NCBI GenBank assembly: GCA_003427395.1
Contig: BFEA01000013.1
Span: 6,559,038 to 6,622,983 of the forward strand
From: Chara braunii
Taxonomy: Eukaryota > Plantae > Charophyceae
Length of the DNA: 63,946 bases
Direction: 5' to 3'
Part shown: piece by piece, positions 1-12,660 of the stretch
Position numbering within the stretch: the stretch's first letter is position 1
Layout: each line of letters starts with the position of its first letter
Translations under genes and position numbers: made by a program
The notes under the pieces: model-generated
The model's input: only the letters and a program-made list of their open reading frames with translations
What the model was told of the DNA's origin: nothing
Database searches by the model: none

Positions 1-433
1 TGTTAGCGTTGATCAGAACACAACGATGTTATTAGGTTAGCAACCAGTCAGGTTTCAGAGCAGCAACCAGATCAGCAAGTAATCAGTCCAAGCAGCCAGG
101 ATCAAGTGTTCTGCCCAGTGGTAATCAGAAAGGCAATCAGATCAGTAAGAAATTTTGCAATCAGTTCAGTAAGCAATTTTGCAATCAGTTAAGTAAACAA
201 TTTTGCAATCAGATCAACAATAGAATCTGCAATCGAATCGGTAGTCGGTTCGGCATACATATCATTAATTAATTCGGCAAGTGATTCAGTAGTCAGAAAC
301 TGCAGTTGGAAACGACAATCTGGAACAACTATTCGAAACAGCCATCAACCCAACAGTCTTTTCACACCTATATTGTCCAAAGGTCACCCGTCTTGGGTTG
401 GGTGAACTGATGTAGGGGGAGTTCGGTAAGGAT

Positions 434-688
434 ATGGAGGATAGCAACACAGTTAGAGTCTCCTGCTCTCTGTATCAGGACGCTGCAGAGACCTAGAGGG
501 AGAGTGCAGTTGAGGAATACAACCATCAGACTGCTATGATGATGGAACACGCACTGACCCTCGTGAGGAATCATACAAAAATCGAATACACATACTACTT
601 GCATGATAAGAATGACAGACTATGTGCCACCATAACTTCTGTGGGTACTATTGAGAAAGCAAGGAGGACTGTTAGCAACCACCAGTGA
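434..688 (+). pseudogene. LTR-borne small ORF (family B), TGG>TAG stop in this copy
   Basis: Copy of open ORF 19125-19379; weak similarity to 4038-4304. Confidence 0.45.
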
Positions 689-964
689 GCGTTTTGTCTC
701 TGAACAAGTACAACTCACTTATCCGGACAACCAACAATCTAATCAGCAGTCAATCATCAGCAATCAGTTATTATTAGTGATCAGTTTCCAGCTCAGTCTT
801 CAATATTAATTTTCAGCATTCAGTCTTCAGCATTAGTCTTCAACACTCAGTTCTCAGCTTTCAGTTGTCGGCATTCAACTTTCAACAAACAATTTTTTTT
901 GCAATCAATTCAGGTAACCAGCTCTCCAGGACCATCTGGTCAGTTTGCACTGCCAAGAGTACTG

Positions 965-1627
965 ATGAGCACAGTTCAGTCTACGCCGGTCAGTGAGTCA
1001 GTGCTGGCCAACCTCAACCGGTTTTCATGCAAAGAGGCATTCCGTTATCGGTATGTTAGTGCCATTGGTTTAAGACAGGGAGATCTGTCAATCTTCGTTG
1101 TCCAGACCAGTTTTGCTGATGACACTATCCACGATCTGAGGCCTTATCTGAAGAAGGGCAAGGAGACTCATGAACTTTTCGATCCAGTCTGGATCTCAGC
1201 CACCGAATACCTTGAGCAGAGAGAGAGGGAGCTCGATGAGAATGGCACTACGTTGATTCGCAGCTTCGGGCCAATGCTTTATACCGTCTATCCTAAGCCT
1301 CTAGTCCCTTTTCCTCTCACTGATGGCACGAGTTGGCTGGATGTGATTGGTTTGGCAAAAAGGTACATCTCTCTGGCGGTGATCGACGTTGAGGCGCTGA
1401 CCGAGCCCACCGAGTATCCCTACCTGAAACGAGGAATCTTTTCTGTGAACGTACTGCCTACTTTGTGGGAGGAGTTTTGCTCCATGGTTAACTACCGTGT
1501 CATTTGCTTCGGATGGTCGTGCTCAGAGCTTGTTGGCTACAGGTGGCATTTCGTCACGAAGCCTCAGTCTCAGATTGTACGTGGGCGTGGGTCTCGACAC
1601 CAGAGAAGATCAGTGAAAAGAGATTGA
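965..1627 (+). CDS. LTR-encoded protein of unknown function (family A, F-x6-DLRxY motif)
   Basis: 220-aa ORF from ATG 965, also open in the 3' LTR copy; paralogous to three ORFs in the leader. Confidence 0.7.
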   Translation: MSTVQSTPVSESVLANLNRFSCKEAFRYRYVSAIGLRQGDLSIFVVQTSFADDTIHDLRPYLKKGKETHELFDPVWISATEYLEQRERELDENGTTLIRSFGPMLYTVYPKPLVPFPLTDGTSWLDVIGLAKRYISLAVIDVEALTEPTEYPYLKRGIFSVNVLPTLWEEFCSMVNYRVICFGWSCSELVGYRWHFVTKPQSQIVRGRGSRHQRRSVKRD

Positions 1628-2417
1628 GAGAGACTAACCAGAGGGATGAGTGAGGACTCTTGAGAGGTGCTGACCATGCTTGTTTATGTGTACTTTCTGA
1701 GATTATTATGAGTTCTCATTTTTCCCTCATTCATTTGATTTTGCCTTTGCTCGAGTCAGTCGGTCTTGCTTCTTGCATTGTTCTTATCTGAAGATTGCTA
1801 TCGTGGATGATTCTATCACAGTTCTCAAAATCAGATTGACATAATTTATGCATGCATAGCACCCCATAATTTTATGATTATTATTTGCATAATTTTTCGC
1901 TGTTCTGAATCAAAATAAAAGATTCCTAAGACCGGGGACCGGCGAGGACCGTAATTGAAGGGTCTCGCTCGAAGTCGGACGCACACAAAAGGAAGGGATT
2001 TGCATTATTTAATTTATTTTATTTACTACAATCACATACAAAATCCTGCTTGACAGCCTGTTAGCTTTCCGGTCGGCCGAAGTGCCTCGGCTGGAAAAAA
2101 TGCGACAAAAAAGATTTTTGTGTCCGGAACGAGCCTGGGTCATCATCATCTTTGAACTTTGATTAAGACGTGAGAACTGTTGACATTTCTGTGAGCTTCA
2201 TGTTAATTTTGTTATTGTCGATTGAGTTTCTATTCTCTTGAGAATTACGACTGCTAACTGTGATTTATTTCTTCCTTGTGTGAGGTACCACACCGGATCG
2301 GGAAAGGAGATTGATATTATTGACTGGAGAGAATCGAACTTGACACCAGGTATGACCAATTATCGTCCAACACACTGAAAGGAATTGAAAGGAAGAGAGT
2401 GAGACGGATCGAGACAA

Positions 2418-2831
2418 ATGTTGGTCGACGGTCTTCTGAAAGAATTATCTAAATTTACTACAAGAGGAATATTTCCTTACAGATATGAGGTTTATTGGAG
2501 CTATGACTCTTGTGGCTCAACCATCTGCGTAGTGCTGACTCACTTCTTGGAGGGAGATATCTATGATATCCGCCCCTATGTCAAGGAAGAAGGCAGTAAT
2601 GATGGTGAAAATTTTAATTGGTTATAGGAGATCGTGATCCAATTTATCTATGATGAAAAGACAGACCTCATCAAGCAAAAGAGGAAAGTGGAATGGGGCA
2701 TAATGCCAGTAACATACAAGATTGTCCCAATCCCGCCTATACCTGACAGCTATTGTGATGGGACTAACTGACTGCTGATAATCAACATAGTATTGACAAG
2801 AGAAAAAAAGAACGGTGGTCATGAGAGCTGA
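2418..2831 (+). pseudogene. Family A paralog 2 (two in-frame stops)
   Basis: LSKFTTRGIFPYRY...FLEGDIYDIRPY...NWL*...PIPPIPDSYCDGTN*LLII aligns with LNRFSCKEAFRYRY...FADDTIHDLRPY...PKPLVPFPLTDGTSWLDVI. Confidence 0.75.
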
Positions 2832-2835
2832 ATAG

Positions 2836-3315
2836 ATTTCAGCAGAAGTAATCAGACAAAGAAGGTCAAATTTTGGCAGAGGTTCGGGTCCAAGTCAAGA
2901 GAAGATTGAATGTCTCCTAAGGTCACTAAATACTCTGAGCAAGAAAGAGGCATTTCCATATAAAGTTGTCGGGTATGAGATGGTCGAGAGCGGATGGGAG
3001 CAGGAACGATTATATGTATTGACTTTCTATTTCACAGATCTGAATGTGTATGATGTGAGAATCTATATTCCAAAAGAAAGAAGCTCTGATGCAGTGTATG
3101 GGAGATGCTGGGGATTTGCTGAAGAGGTAGTACTGAGAGAGAAAAAGAGAGTTGAGAGAGAGAACAAATGCTTCACTGGGTCGACTCGATTTATTGTCTT
3201 TGATGGATTTTCAGTCCCTCCCTTACCTGATATCAATCTATCTGAAAATAATTGGTATGCCATGATAAAGTTTGCATGGAAAGTAAAGAGAGTCCAAGAA
3301 AAATACTCTCAGTAG
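2836..3315 (+). pseudogene. Family A paralog 3
   Basis: LLRSLNTLSKKEAFPYK...FTDLNVYDVRIY...CWGFAEE...PPLPDINLSENNWYAMI; the upstream ATG at 2821 is followed by a stop. Confidence 0.75.
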
Positions 3316-3824
3316 CCAAGATACCTACTGTGAGGGGTATACTCTATGAGGTGATAGGGTATGGTAATCCTTTAATGATCCTGAGGTACGAGACTTGTGA
3401 GAGAGGACCCAAAAAATTTCGCATCCAAGTGGTCAAATTCTTGAGTACTGGCAACTTGGACGTACGGATTTATGTACCATCAGGCCTAGAAAAGGAAGGT
3501 GAGTACTTGAAGTGTTAGACATGTGCTTATATTAGTCTCATAAGAACCAAAGAGTGCCTTGAAAAGTTAAAGAGAAAAGTAAATTGGGGAAAAAAAGTAA
3601 GACAATTCGAGAGGCTCCCTGAGTTCTCAGTTGCTGAGGGATTTGAAGGCAGGAGGGATTGGATGCCTCTGTTAGAAGCTATTGCTGAGATTGGTAGAGC
3701 AAGAGAAAAAGACTCTACTGTGAGGATAAAATCCCTACTTTTGAGTACCTTTGAACACAGATTCGAGATCCCTAATTGTGTCGAACCTGAGATCTACCTT
3801 TCAGATGTTGCTTATGATGATTAG
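3252..3824 (+). pseudogene. Family A paralog 4 (one in-frame stop)
   Basis: VVKFLSTGNLDVRIYV...KC*TCA...KRKVNWG (paralog 2 has KRKVEWG)...RRDWMPLL. Confidence 0.7.
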
Positions 3825-4037
3825 CAATGTCCAGTTTGACTGAACAACTGACACTAGGAGTTGTGACAGCCTTTCTTAGATCGCATGAGAGATTCTGCTC
3901 TGAGAATTATCACTGACCAGACTGAGATAAGCTATCTGTTGAAAGTGGTGAAAGTAGAAACTATTGAGAGAGTACCATATCACACTTTTCAGGAACGGGT
4001 CTCTCTTGCAAGAATGATCAACAGTAGGCTGTAAACG

Positions 4038-4304
4038 ATGCAATTTGATAATGAGATTATAGACCAGACTCGATATTTTATGATTCGAGGTACTATAAAG
4101 GGGTATGACAGAAGACTGAGTAGGGATGATGAGAGAGAGTTGATTGAAGATTACATTGGAAGACTGAGAAGGATTGCACTGCCTTTGATCACTACCCAAT
4201 CTATTATTGCTTATACCGTATATGTACAGAACTCTCAAGGGGTAGAGCAGACAAGTGAAGAAAGAAACGAGTCTGTATCCCTTGCTAGAAGAGTGACAGA
4301 CTGA
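4038..4304 (+). CDS. Small ORF upstream of gag (family B)
   Basis: ELIEDY...ALPLITTQSIIAYTVYVQN resembles AVEEY...ALTLVRNHTKIEYTYYLHD of 19125-19379. Confidence 0.4.
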   Translation: MQFDNEIIDQTRYFMIRGTIKGYDRRLSRDDERELIEDYIGRLRRIALPLITTQSIIAYTVYVQNSQGVEQTSEERNESVSLARRVTD

Positions 4305-4366
4305 GGGGCAAAGAAGAAAAGGACAAGAGTGACAGAAAGAGAGAAGAGAATATCTGGGGAAAATGT

Positions 4367-5838
4367 ATGGTCAAGATGGCAGGACGAGGAAAGCCGAGTA
4401 CATTAGCAGGGACTAATGAAGAGGTCCTGGTTGGAGTTATACGGGAGTTGGTTGAGAGAGTTGATACCATCAAAGGAGGGTCAGACATTGCAAGAGCAAA
4501 GAGGTCAAATGAAAGAATTCCCTGCTTCAGAGGACCTCAGGTTAATGACTTTTTGGATGAGTATGAATTATTTGGGCTCAGTTATGGCTGGACAGATAAG
4601 CAACGGCTTAAGCACCTTCTATCTTATTGTGACACTGATTCGAGACTGGCAGTTCAGGAACTAATGGAAGTTGCTACCACCTGGGAAGAAGTCAAGGAGA
4701 GACTGAAAAAAGAATTTGGGAAAGATTCAGTTCCAACCACAACTAAGGACTTACTCAACATCAGAAGAGCTAAATATGACACTTTCAATGTTTTTCTTCA
4801 GATCTTCATCCGAACAGCAAGAAGAATTCCATATTTGGACGAAGCTCGGAGATGCCATATATTTTTGATAAATTTTACTGACACTAAAAGGCAAGCAGTT
4901 CTTAATCAAGCTCAACATTATCGTCTCAGATGAGATGAAATCGTCGCAATCATAAGAACTCTACCTACTTCTCCCATAAGAAATGGTCACTGGATCAGAT
5001 CAGTACTTTGGCCAAGGATTGGGAGACTGAGAATGGAATGAATAGAGGAAACAATCTGACTGCTGAGAATATTCTTCAAAAAGTGATGACTAACTTTATG
5101 CCTGCAAGGCCTGCAACGTATGCTGTGGATGACAGGGGAAAGAAAAAGGCTGAAAGTGAGGAAGATGACGACGATGATGATGACAACGAAAATCATGGTA
5201 AGAAGGGGGATTCGTCCATAACCAAAAGGAATGGGAAGAATGGTGATGGAGGAAACAGAGAGAAAAGAAAATATGATAAGCGTCCTAAGAGGAGTTTTGT
5301 CTGCTACTATTGCGGTGAACGAGGTCATACTACCACTTATTGCAAGCCTCTTGAGGAAGATGTAAGGAGTGGGGTGACAAAGAAAGATGCAATGGACCAT
5401 GTCTGTGATAGTTCATGGAATAAGTTGGATCCCAGACATCTGGTAGGTATGAAACTTCTTATACTTAAACATGATGAAAAGATGAAGATTAAGAAGAAGA
5501 GAAAGACTAATGTGAATGTTCATTTTCTCATTGAAGACTTGCCTAATGAGCTAGTAAAAAAAGCAAGTGACCCTTATACCACGATTGAACTGCCTCTGCA
5601 GTCCTTAACACTGACAGAATGTGAGCCTAGCGAGACATCAACAAGTGAGTCTTCATTGGGAGAGAACCCTACTTTTCAGAATCCTTCTGGATTAGTAGAG
5701 TCCTCTTCCAATGAAATGACTCATCTCCCGGCTAACATGATGTCATTCCATGATGATTTACCCCCAGAACTTATCATGGAACCCAGTGTCAGGGTTGGTG
5801 AAGTGAGGAACCATCAAACCCGTATGACACCTCAATGA
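4367..5838 (+). pseudogene. gag: Gag (capsid + CCHC zinc knuckle), disrupted
   Basis: IPCFRGPQVNDFLDEYE...W capsid-like motif; CYYCGERGHTTTYC knuckle; stop at 4933 and a frameshift. Confidence 0.9.
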
Positions 5839-5978
5839 TATAAGAAAATAAAAGAAAGAAGGTTGAGGAGTCACTTATTAACATCCTTGATGACCCTAAA
5901 CCGGAACGTTCACAGGAAAAGAATGAACAAGGGAGAAAGATAAAATTTATTCTCAAGAGTGATTTCGATGATGAGACT

Positions 5979-6524
5979 GTGATTTCTGATATAATTGCTA
6001 AGATGCTGGAAGAAACTGAAGTGACACTGTCTTTCAACGAAGCAATGACACTAGCACCCAAAATGACAGAAAAGTTGAAAATTTTAATTGAGAAGAAGAA
6101 AATGAAAGTTAATTATTTGGGGTCAATCTTTCCCAACCAAGTGAATAGATCACTACCAGGTTGCAAGATGAGATTTGCAACCATGGGTTGTGGGCATCTT
6201 ACAATTCGCATTAATCAGATGAAGATTCTAACCCTAGTAGATTCTGGGGCAGAGATGATACTTCTTTCACGAAGAACGATGGAAACATGTAATTTATCTA
6301 TTGACAGACCTGCACAAAATGTACTGAGTAATATTGCAGGAGAACTGTCCGTGGTTGGATTTATTGATAATTTGCCTATCAGGGTTGGGACAATGACTGT
6401 GGAGTTACTGGGTTTTGTGGTGCCAGATATGGATCATGACTGTATTTTGGGAACTCCATTCTTGCATAGGATGAAGGCAGTCCAATTTTTCAGTCATGAG
6501 GGGTCATCTTGGATCAGTCTATAG
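5979..6524 (+). pseudogene. pol: Retroviral-type aspartic protease
   Basis: LVDSGAE active site and ILGTPFL motif. Confidence 0.92.
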
Positions 6525-6923
6525 GATTCCGAGACTGCCCCAGAGCAGACTTTTATGGTCAGTACGAAAAATGACTTCAAGCACCAACTATCTACTAATT
6601 CGATCAGGAGGGAAGAATTTGCTGAAAGGATTAAGAAACTAAAGGAGGAAGGAAAACGAGAAGTAAAAGAAGAGATTTCAGTGGGAATCAATCAGGTTTC
6701 GAAAATGATAAAAGCCCTTGGTAAACTCGAGGATGAGAACGAACAAATTGAAGACTTCAAGAAAGCTGTAGAGACTGCTAAGGGAGGAAAGATGGAACTG
6801 AGATTTGCACCGACTCACCTTTTTTTAGGAAAATAGTCACTGGGTCAAAAAGAAAATATAAGCCTAAGGGGGTGAAGAAAAACCCAGTGGCAGTCTTGAT
6901 AGAAAAAAAATTATGATGAAGCC

Positions 6924-8480
6924 TTGGAAAAGGAAAGACAAATTATAAGAGCATTGAGGGAATCAGCAAAACTGGAGAATAGGGTCACCAAAGAGAGGTT
7001 TGACACAATGAAGATAGGCTCAGAACAGTTTATCCTGCCTAAAGAGAAAAAATATATCTTCAAAGTGTGTCAAAAATTCTCTGGTGCTTTCTCCTTTAAT
7101 GATGAAGAGAGAGGGCGGTTGGACATGGACATGATCAAGATGGCCAAGATCTGGACAGTTGATCATGTTCCATGGAATGATAGACCAACCAAGTATGCCC
7201 TAAAGGAAGAAGCGGAAGTAGCAAAGTACCTTAACAAGAAGATTGCATCTAATGTTGTTGAACCTGCTGATGAACCGTATGCTAACCACTGATTTTGTTT
7301 TTGGAAACTAGGGGGCGGACTAAGATGGATACAGAATCTTCAGAAGCTCAATTCTGTGACGGTACGTGATGCAGAGTCTTCCTAATGCTGATCTCCTCGC
7401 TGAATCCTTTGCTGGTCGATGTATTTATTCTCTAGTTGACCTGTATTCTGACTATGATCAGTTCCCTATTGATTCCACTAGCCGGCCAATGACTGCCATG
7501 CACACACCAAGGGGGTTTGTTCAGATGTGCGTGGTACCTCAGGGCTGGACTAACGGAGTGGCAGTGGTTCAAAGGGATATGATCAAAGTCATGCAGGATA
7601 TTTCTTCTGAAATAACCATTCCCTACATTGATGATAATCCTGTAAAAGGACCCTTGGTAAGTGATGAAACTTTGGTCGCAGGGGGAGTCGGAAAGTTTGT
7701 CTGAGGACATGCTGAAAGAGTAAAGACAGTCCTAGAGAGACTTCAGAAGTATAATCTGACTGCCAGTGGGTCAAAGTCCCTTCTCTTCCAACCAGAAGTG
7801 ATAATCTTGGGCTTCAGATGCTTCTCCAAAGGTAGGAGTCCAGATCCCAAGAAGATAGACAAGATCTTGAACTGGCCTCTGCCTCTCAAGAGAGTGACAG
7901 ACGTCAGGAGCTTCTTGAGAACCTGTGGATTCTGAAGAATTTTTATTTCTCATTTTGCTGCCCTTGCAAAACCTTTGAGGGAAATGGTAAGGCAAGGTGC
8001 TAATTTAGCATGGGATGATAAAAGACAAGCTGCAGCAGAAACGTTGCAAGAAAAACTAAGAGATGGTGGTGTAGTGCTGGGAGTGTCATATTATGATGAT
8101 GAGGAGACAAGACCTTTCATCATTGAGGCGGATGGAGGACCAGTTGCTCTGGGTGGAGTGCTTATTTAGAAAGATGAAAATGAGAGAGAAAGACCTCTGA
8201 GATTTGAGAGCAGAACCCTTAATTCTACTGAAAGATGTTACACCCAATTTAGGAAGGAGCTACTGTCAATCATCCATAGCCTCAGGTGTTTTAGGCACTG
8301 CGTCTTAGGAAAGAGATTCGTCTTGAGGACTGATGCATCTGCTGTGATAGGTGCCATTAAAAAACGCCAACAAGTAGATCCAACAGTTAGCAGATGGATC
8401 GCCTTCATCTGGACATATGATTTTAAGCTGAAAAAGATCCCCACTGAGAAGAACAGAGCGGATGGCTTAAGCCGGATTGA
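6924..8480 (+). pseudogene. pol: Reverse transcriptase and RNase H, disrupted
   Basis: DLYSDYDQ, PQGWTN and YIDD motifs. RNase H motifs: FIIEADGG, RPLRFESR, RTDA, NRADGLSR. Several stops and frameshifts. Confidence 0.95.
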
Positions 8481-8939
8481 GTGGCGAGAAGAAGAAGAAG
8501 ATGTGAATGGAACAATTGAAGAATTTGCCTATGTTGATAATTTCCTTAACGAAAAAGATGATGAGGATTATGAGGCACCATGCTCCTACAAGTGGAGTCT
8601 GTGGCCTGAAGAGAGAGACAGTTGGGGAGAAATCTCAAGTGCATACGTTTATGAATCGATTCTCGGGAAAGAAGAAGAAGATGAACCGAACGATTGGTAT
8701 GCAAGAGTTAATGCAGCAGCAGTGGTTGTTCATCACATTGGGGAAAGTTCAGGTTCAAAGGAAGAAGAAAAGAGTGAAAAGAAGAAGGAATATGTATTTT
8801 TTTTCTTTGAAGAATATGATGAAAATTATCAAGAGATTGGCAGGAAGATGGAAAGGGAGCAGCTAAAAGAATATTATTGTAAAGATTCAAGGAAGAAATT
8901 CAGATTAAAGAGAGTACATCTCTTTGTGGATGGTAAGGG

Positions 8940-10087
8940 AGGCTTACCTCCACTAAGAGTGGTCTGTGGTAAAGAGAGGCAGTTAGAGATAATTGTTGCC
9001 CTACATGAGGGGGCCATTGGTGGCCACAGGGCTGCTGAGGCTACCTACTCCAAGTCTGCCAAACTCTACTTCTGGTCTGGCATGAGAGACATGATTTTCA
9101 AATACTGTAAATCATGTGTCTTAGGATGATTGAGCCCTTGTTCCCTACAATTCTGGTAGAGTCAGGTAGTAGAGTTCAGCTGGATCTCATCACTATGCCT
9201 CCAGGCAAGGGTGGGATGAGATACATATTAAACATTAGAAATAACTTCTCTGGATACGTTGAGGCAAAAACTCTGAAAAAGAAGACATCCGAGTAAGTGG
9301 CTGATTGGATAGAGGAAGTCTATCTCAGGTATCCTTTTATCAGAGAATTTGTCTCAGACAGAGGATCAGAATTCAGAAATGAGGTTGTCAGAAGAATTAC
9401 ACTCAGATTGGGTGTCAGAATTCGGTATGTGACTTCTTACCATCCTCAAGCGAATGGACCTGTTGAAAGAGACCACAAAACTCAGAAAGATTCATTGGCC
9501 AAGTGGTGTGAAGAGAAACTCAGTAACTGGCCAAAGGTGTTAAGAGCTGTTGTATATGCTGATAATATCACAGTCAAGAGAACTACTGGTTATGCACTTT
9601 TTATACTGTGGTATGACCGTTATGCTACGTTACCAATTGAGAGTATTGTCAAGACATGGTCAAGTCAAGAGAGTGACAGGGATTATTCTATTTCAGAACT
9701 CCTTCATATCATAATGAGGCAGGTATCTGAAGTTGATCAGGCAGTGATGGATGCATCAGAGAGAATGGCATCCAGTAGGCTATCAGATCAAGAGAGATGA
9801 AACAAGAAAAGGTATATAAGAAAAGAGAAATTGAAGATTGAAGATGTTGTTCTTCTGTTTGACAGTTCTCTTGAGACATGACTAAAAGATTGGAGCCCAG
9901 ATGGCTTGGTCCTTACAGAATCATATGAGAAGCAGAAAACAAGGTATATGAGATCTCGGAAATGGACGAATCCAGAGTACACGATATGGTCTCAGGGTCA
10001 AGACTTGGTAAGTTCATCTTCAGAGACCCTGACTTGATCCCTACAGTGACTCCAAAGAGAGGAAAGAGAAGTCAACCATCCAAGTAA
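8940..10087 (+). pseudogene. pol: Integrase (HHCC, DDE core, GPY), no chromodomain seen
   Basis: HEGAIGGH...CKSC; QLDL, SDRGSEF, YHPQANGPVER; WLGPYRI near 9900. Confidence 0.93.
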
Positions 10088-12195
10088 GAGAACGGTCAAA
10101 GAGGACTGAGAAAGAGCACAGTAAGACACTGAGACAGTGAGGCTCAGTTATCGGCAGACAATGATCATTCTTGCATAGTCAATTCAACATTTCAGTTTCA
10201 GTATTTCAGTTTCAGTACTTCAGTTTCAGCATCTCAGTTTCAATGTACCAGTTTTCAGCAAGTCATTTTATTATCTATTTCAGCAAGCAACTAAGTTAAT
10301 GAGACTATATCTTTGATGCATTGCTGCAGTCGTTCCATGAGTGTTAAGTCATGAGAGTGGGGAGTAACTGTGAGTACAGTTCTGGGAGCATTGACACAGT
10401 GTTAAGAGCTGTGAAACCCATGGCTGTGGCACGTCAAATGATATAAGCAGTTTTATTCTTATCACAAAGAGAAAGCATGATGGGCATAAAGAAGTTCAGT
10501 TCTGTCTGATTGAAAGTTATCAGCAGAAGGACTTCGTGTCTCTAACTAAGTTGTCAATCCAAGAGATTCGGATGAGGGCATGCATAAAGAAGTTCAACTT
10601 TACTTGAGTGAGGGTAGTAAGTAGAGGGACTTCGTGCTTCTTGGTTAAGGACCTGTTTTTACTCAGATGAGGGAAGGGACCTCTCTTAGATCAGAGTTTC
10701 AGTATTTCCTTGAGACTGACTGGACGTCTCTTGGAAAAATAAATCCCAGTTGAGGGAAGAAACCTCTCTGGGGCTAACACAAAGTTTTTGCTTGTGACTG
10801 AAGGGAGGTCTCTTGCAAACTCTTAGTGTTGGCTAGCATGTTATTGTTCAAGTGTCTCTTGAGACTGACGGGACGTCTCTTGAGAGATGTTTGTTCTGTT
10901 ATGGGACGTGGGCAGTCTGCTTGTGGGGTTATGATATGTTTGCCTGACTGTCTGTGTCTGGGGTTTTCTTCTCTAACCTAAAAATGCGTTGATTGTCGGG
11001 GTCAGCCAGAGTCTTACCGCAGTAGGTTGCAATCTGGTGGGGTCAGCGGGTCCCCGACGCGAGTGTCGAATTCCATAGTCAGCTGAGGCTAAGACTCCGG
11101 GGGTCTGGCCTATGAGGTTGAAAGGGGTCAGCTGGAACCCTACCGCAGTCAGAGGATGCAATCCAGTGAGGTTAGCCAGAGCCTGGAACTATGGTTAGAC
11201 CGGGTCCTACGTTCAAAAATCTGGGCGGGGTAGCCAGCGCCCTTGGCCAAAAACTGGTAGGTGAGTCAGTCCCTCACCGCAGTGGTCAAATCCGGGTTCG
11301 GGACAGTTTGACTGACGGGACGTCTACTGTCATAGAGTGACCAGACCCGCTATAGTCTGGGTGTCCTGGCGAGAGTGCCAAAGGGCTGTCATACTCGAGT
11401 AGTGGGTATGATTGGTCCTGGCATGGAGGCAAGTCAAAAGGGCTATCAAGACAAATGGTCTGACTAGTCCTAGCCTGAGGCGGGCCGAATGAGGTATGTC
11501 AGACTAACGGGACGTCGGACATTCCTGGCCAGTGGTAGACCGAAACCAAGGTAATCAATAAATCCTGGGTATGAAGAGCTGTTATGTATTAATTGTTATT
11601 TGTTATTTATTATTTTATTTATGGGTTTTATTTTAATTTATTGATGCTTGGCTGCTGGTTGTCAGAGGGTCTGCTTGGTGGGATATGGTTGTTGTCTGTG
11701 GGACTTGCTGGTTTTGCAAGTACGCAAATACTTATTTGAAGTTCCCAGACCAGGGAAAAGAAAGAGGGTTTGGTATCCCCTCCCTTTTGTCTGAGAAGTT
11801 GAGAAGACGCCTCACTTGGACCAGAGAAAGAAAACAAGGGTTTGGTATCTCCATCAAGTGAGGAGCTGAGAAGATGTTTCTCAAACTGGAGAACAGAAAA
11901 GAGGGTTTGGTACACCCTATTTCCAGCATGGCAGATAGAGTGAATACCCCCCGTTATTGTGGTCGTTCCTGGCATAGATGCCTGATCAAGAACTAAGGTA
12001 ACCTCCATGAGAAGGACCAACAGTTGAACAAGTCGAACAAGAAGACAAAATCCTTCTTAAAATTTTATTGGGTGGCCGACAAGCGACCTGGTTTACGAGG
12101 AACCGATGTCCCTGGCCCAAGGGAGGCAAACTCTCAGGCCTGGGACGCTATGAAGTGGATGGGAATGAGAATTTTTTGTGAGCCAGAAATCGGAT

Positions 12196-12660
12196 TTAAA
12201 AGGCTGAGAAGAAGCCGCGTTTATATAGGACATAAAAGACAACCATAAGTTCAAGCTGGAAAAAGAAGAGAAGGAAGAAAATGTTGAAGAGAACACAGTG
12301 ACTGGGGTGATGAGGAGATGAGGCAGTGCATGGAACAGCAGGAGGCGGAGCGGGCACTATAGCCTTGCTTACGGCAGGGGTGGAAGGAGCTCTTGGGATA
12401 TAAGGAGGGGAAGAAGCACTTTGCGCGCCGTAGCGCGCGTCAAATCTCTTACGAAGGAACTCCATCCTGTCAGGGGATGGAGTCCTTTCATACCACTCTG
12501 CTAATGGATAACGGGGGTATGATTTTGGATGGTCATAGCCTCGTGGCTCATCCTCCTCCTCAGAACTGTAATCACGCCGCGCCCGAGCCGGCGGTTCGTC
12601 TTTAGCCTTCCCTGCTCTTCCTCCCCTTCCTCTACCCTGACCGCGGCGTGCCTCAGGCAT
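12196..12660 (-). CDS. Antisense ORF in 3' internal region, unknown function
   Basis: 154-aa ATG ORF (RGG-rich N-terminus, acidic and Pro-rich parts) between integrase and the 3' LTR. Confidence 0.35.
   Translation of the reverse strand: MPEARRGQGRGRGGRAGKAKDEPPARARRDYSSEEEDEPRGYDHPKSYPRYPLAEWYERTPSPDRMEFLRKRFDARYGAQSASSPPYIPRAPSTPAVSKAIVPAPPPAVPCTASSPHHPSHCVLFNIFFLLFFFQLELMVVFYVLYKRGFFSAF

Larger units (their letters stand above)
1..2107 (+). repeat. 5' LTR (3' portion only)
   Basis: Colinear with 18692-20794 (7 substitutions counted in the first 300 bp). Identity ends at ...TGCGACA, position 2107. Confidence 0.95.
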
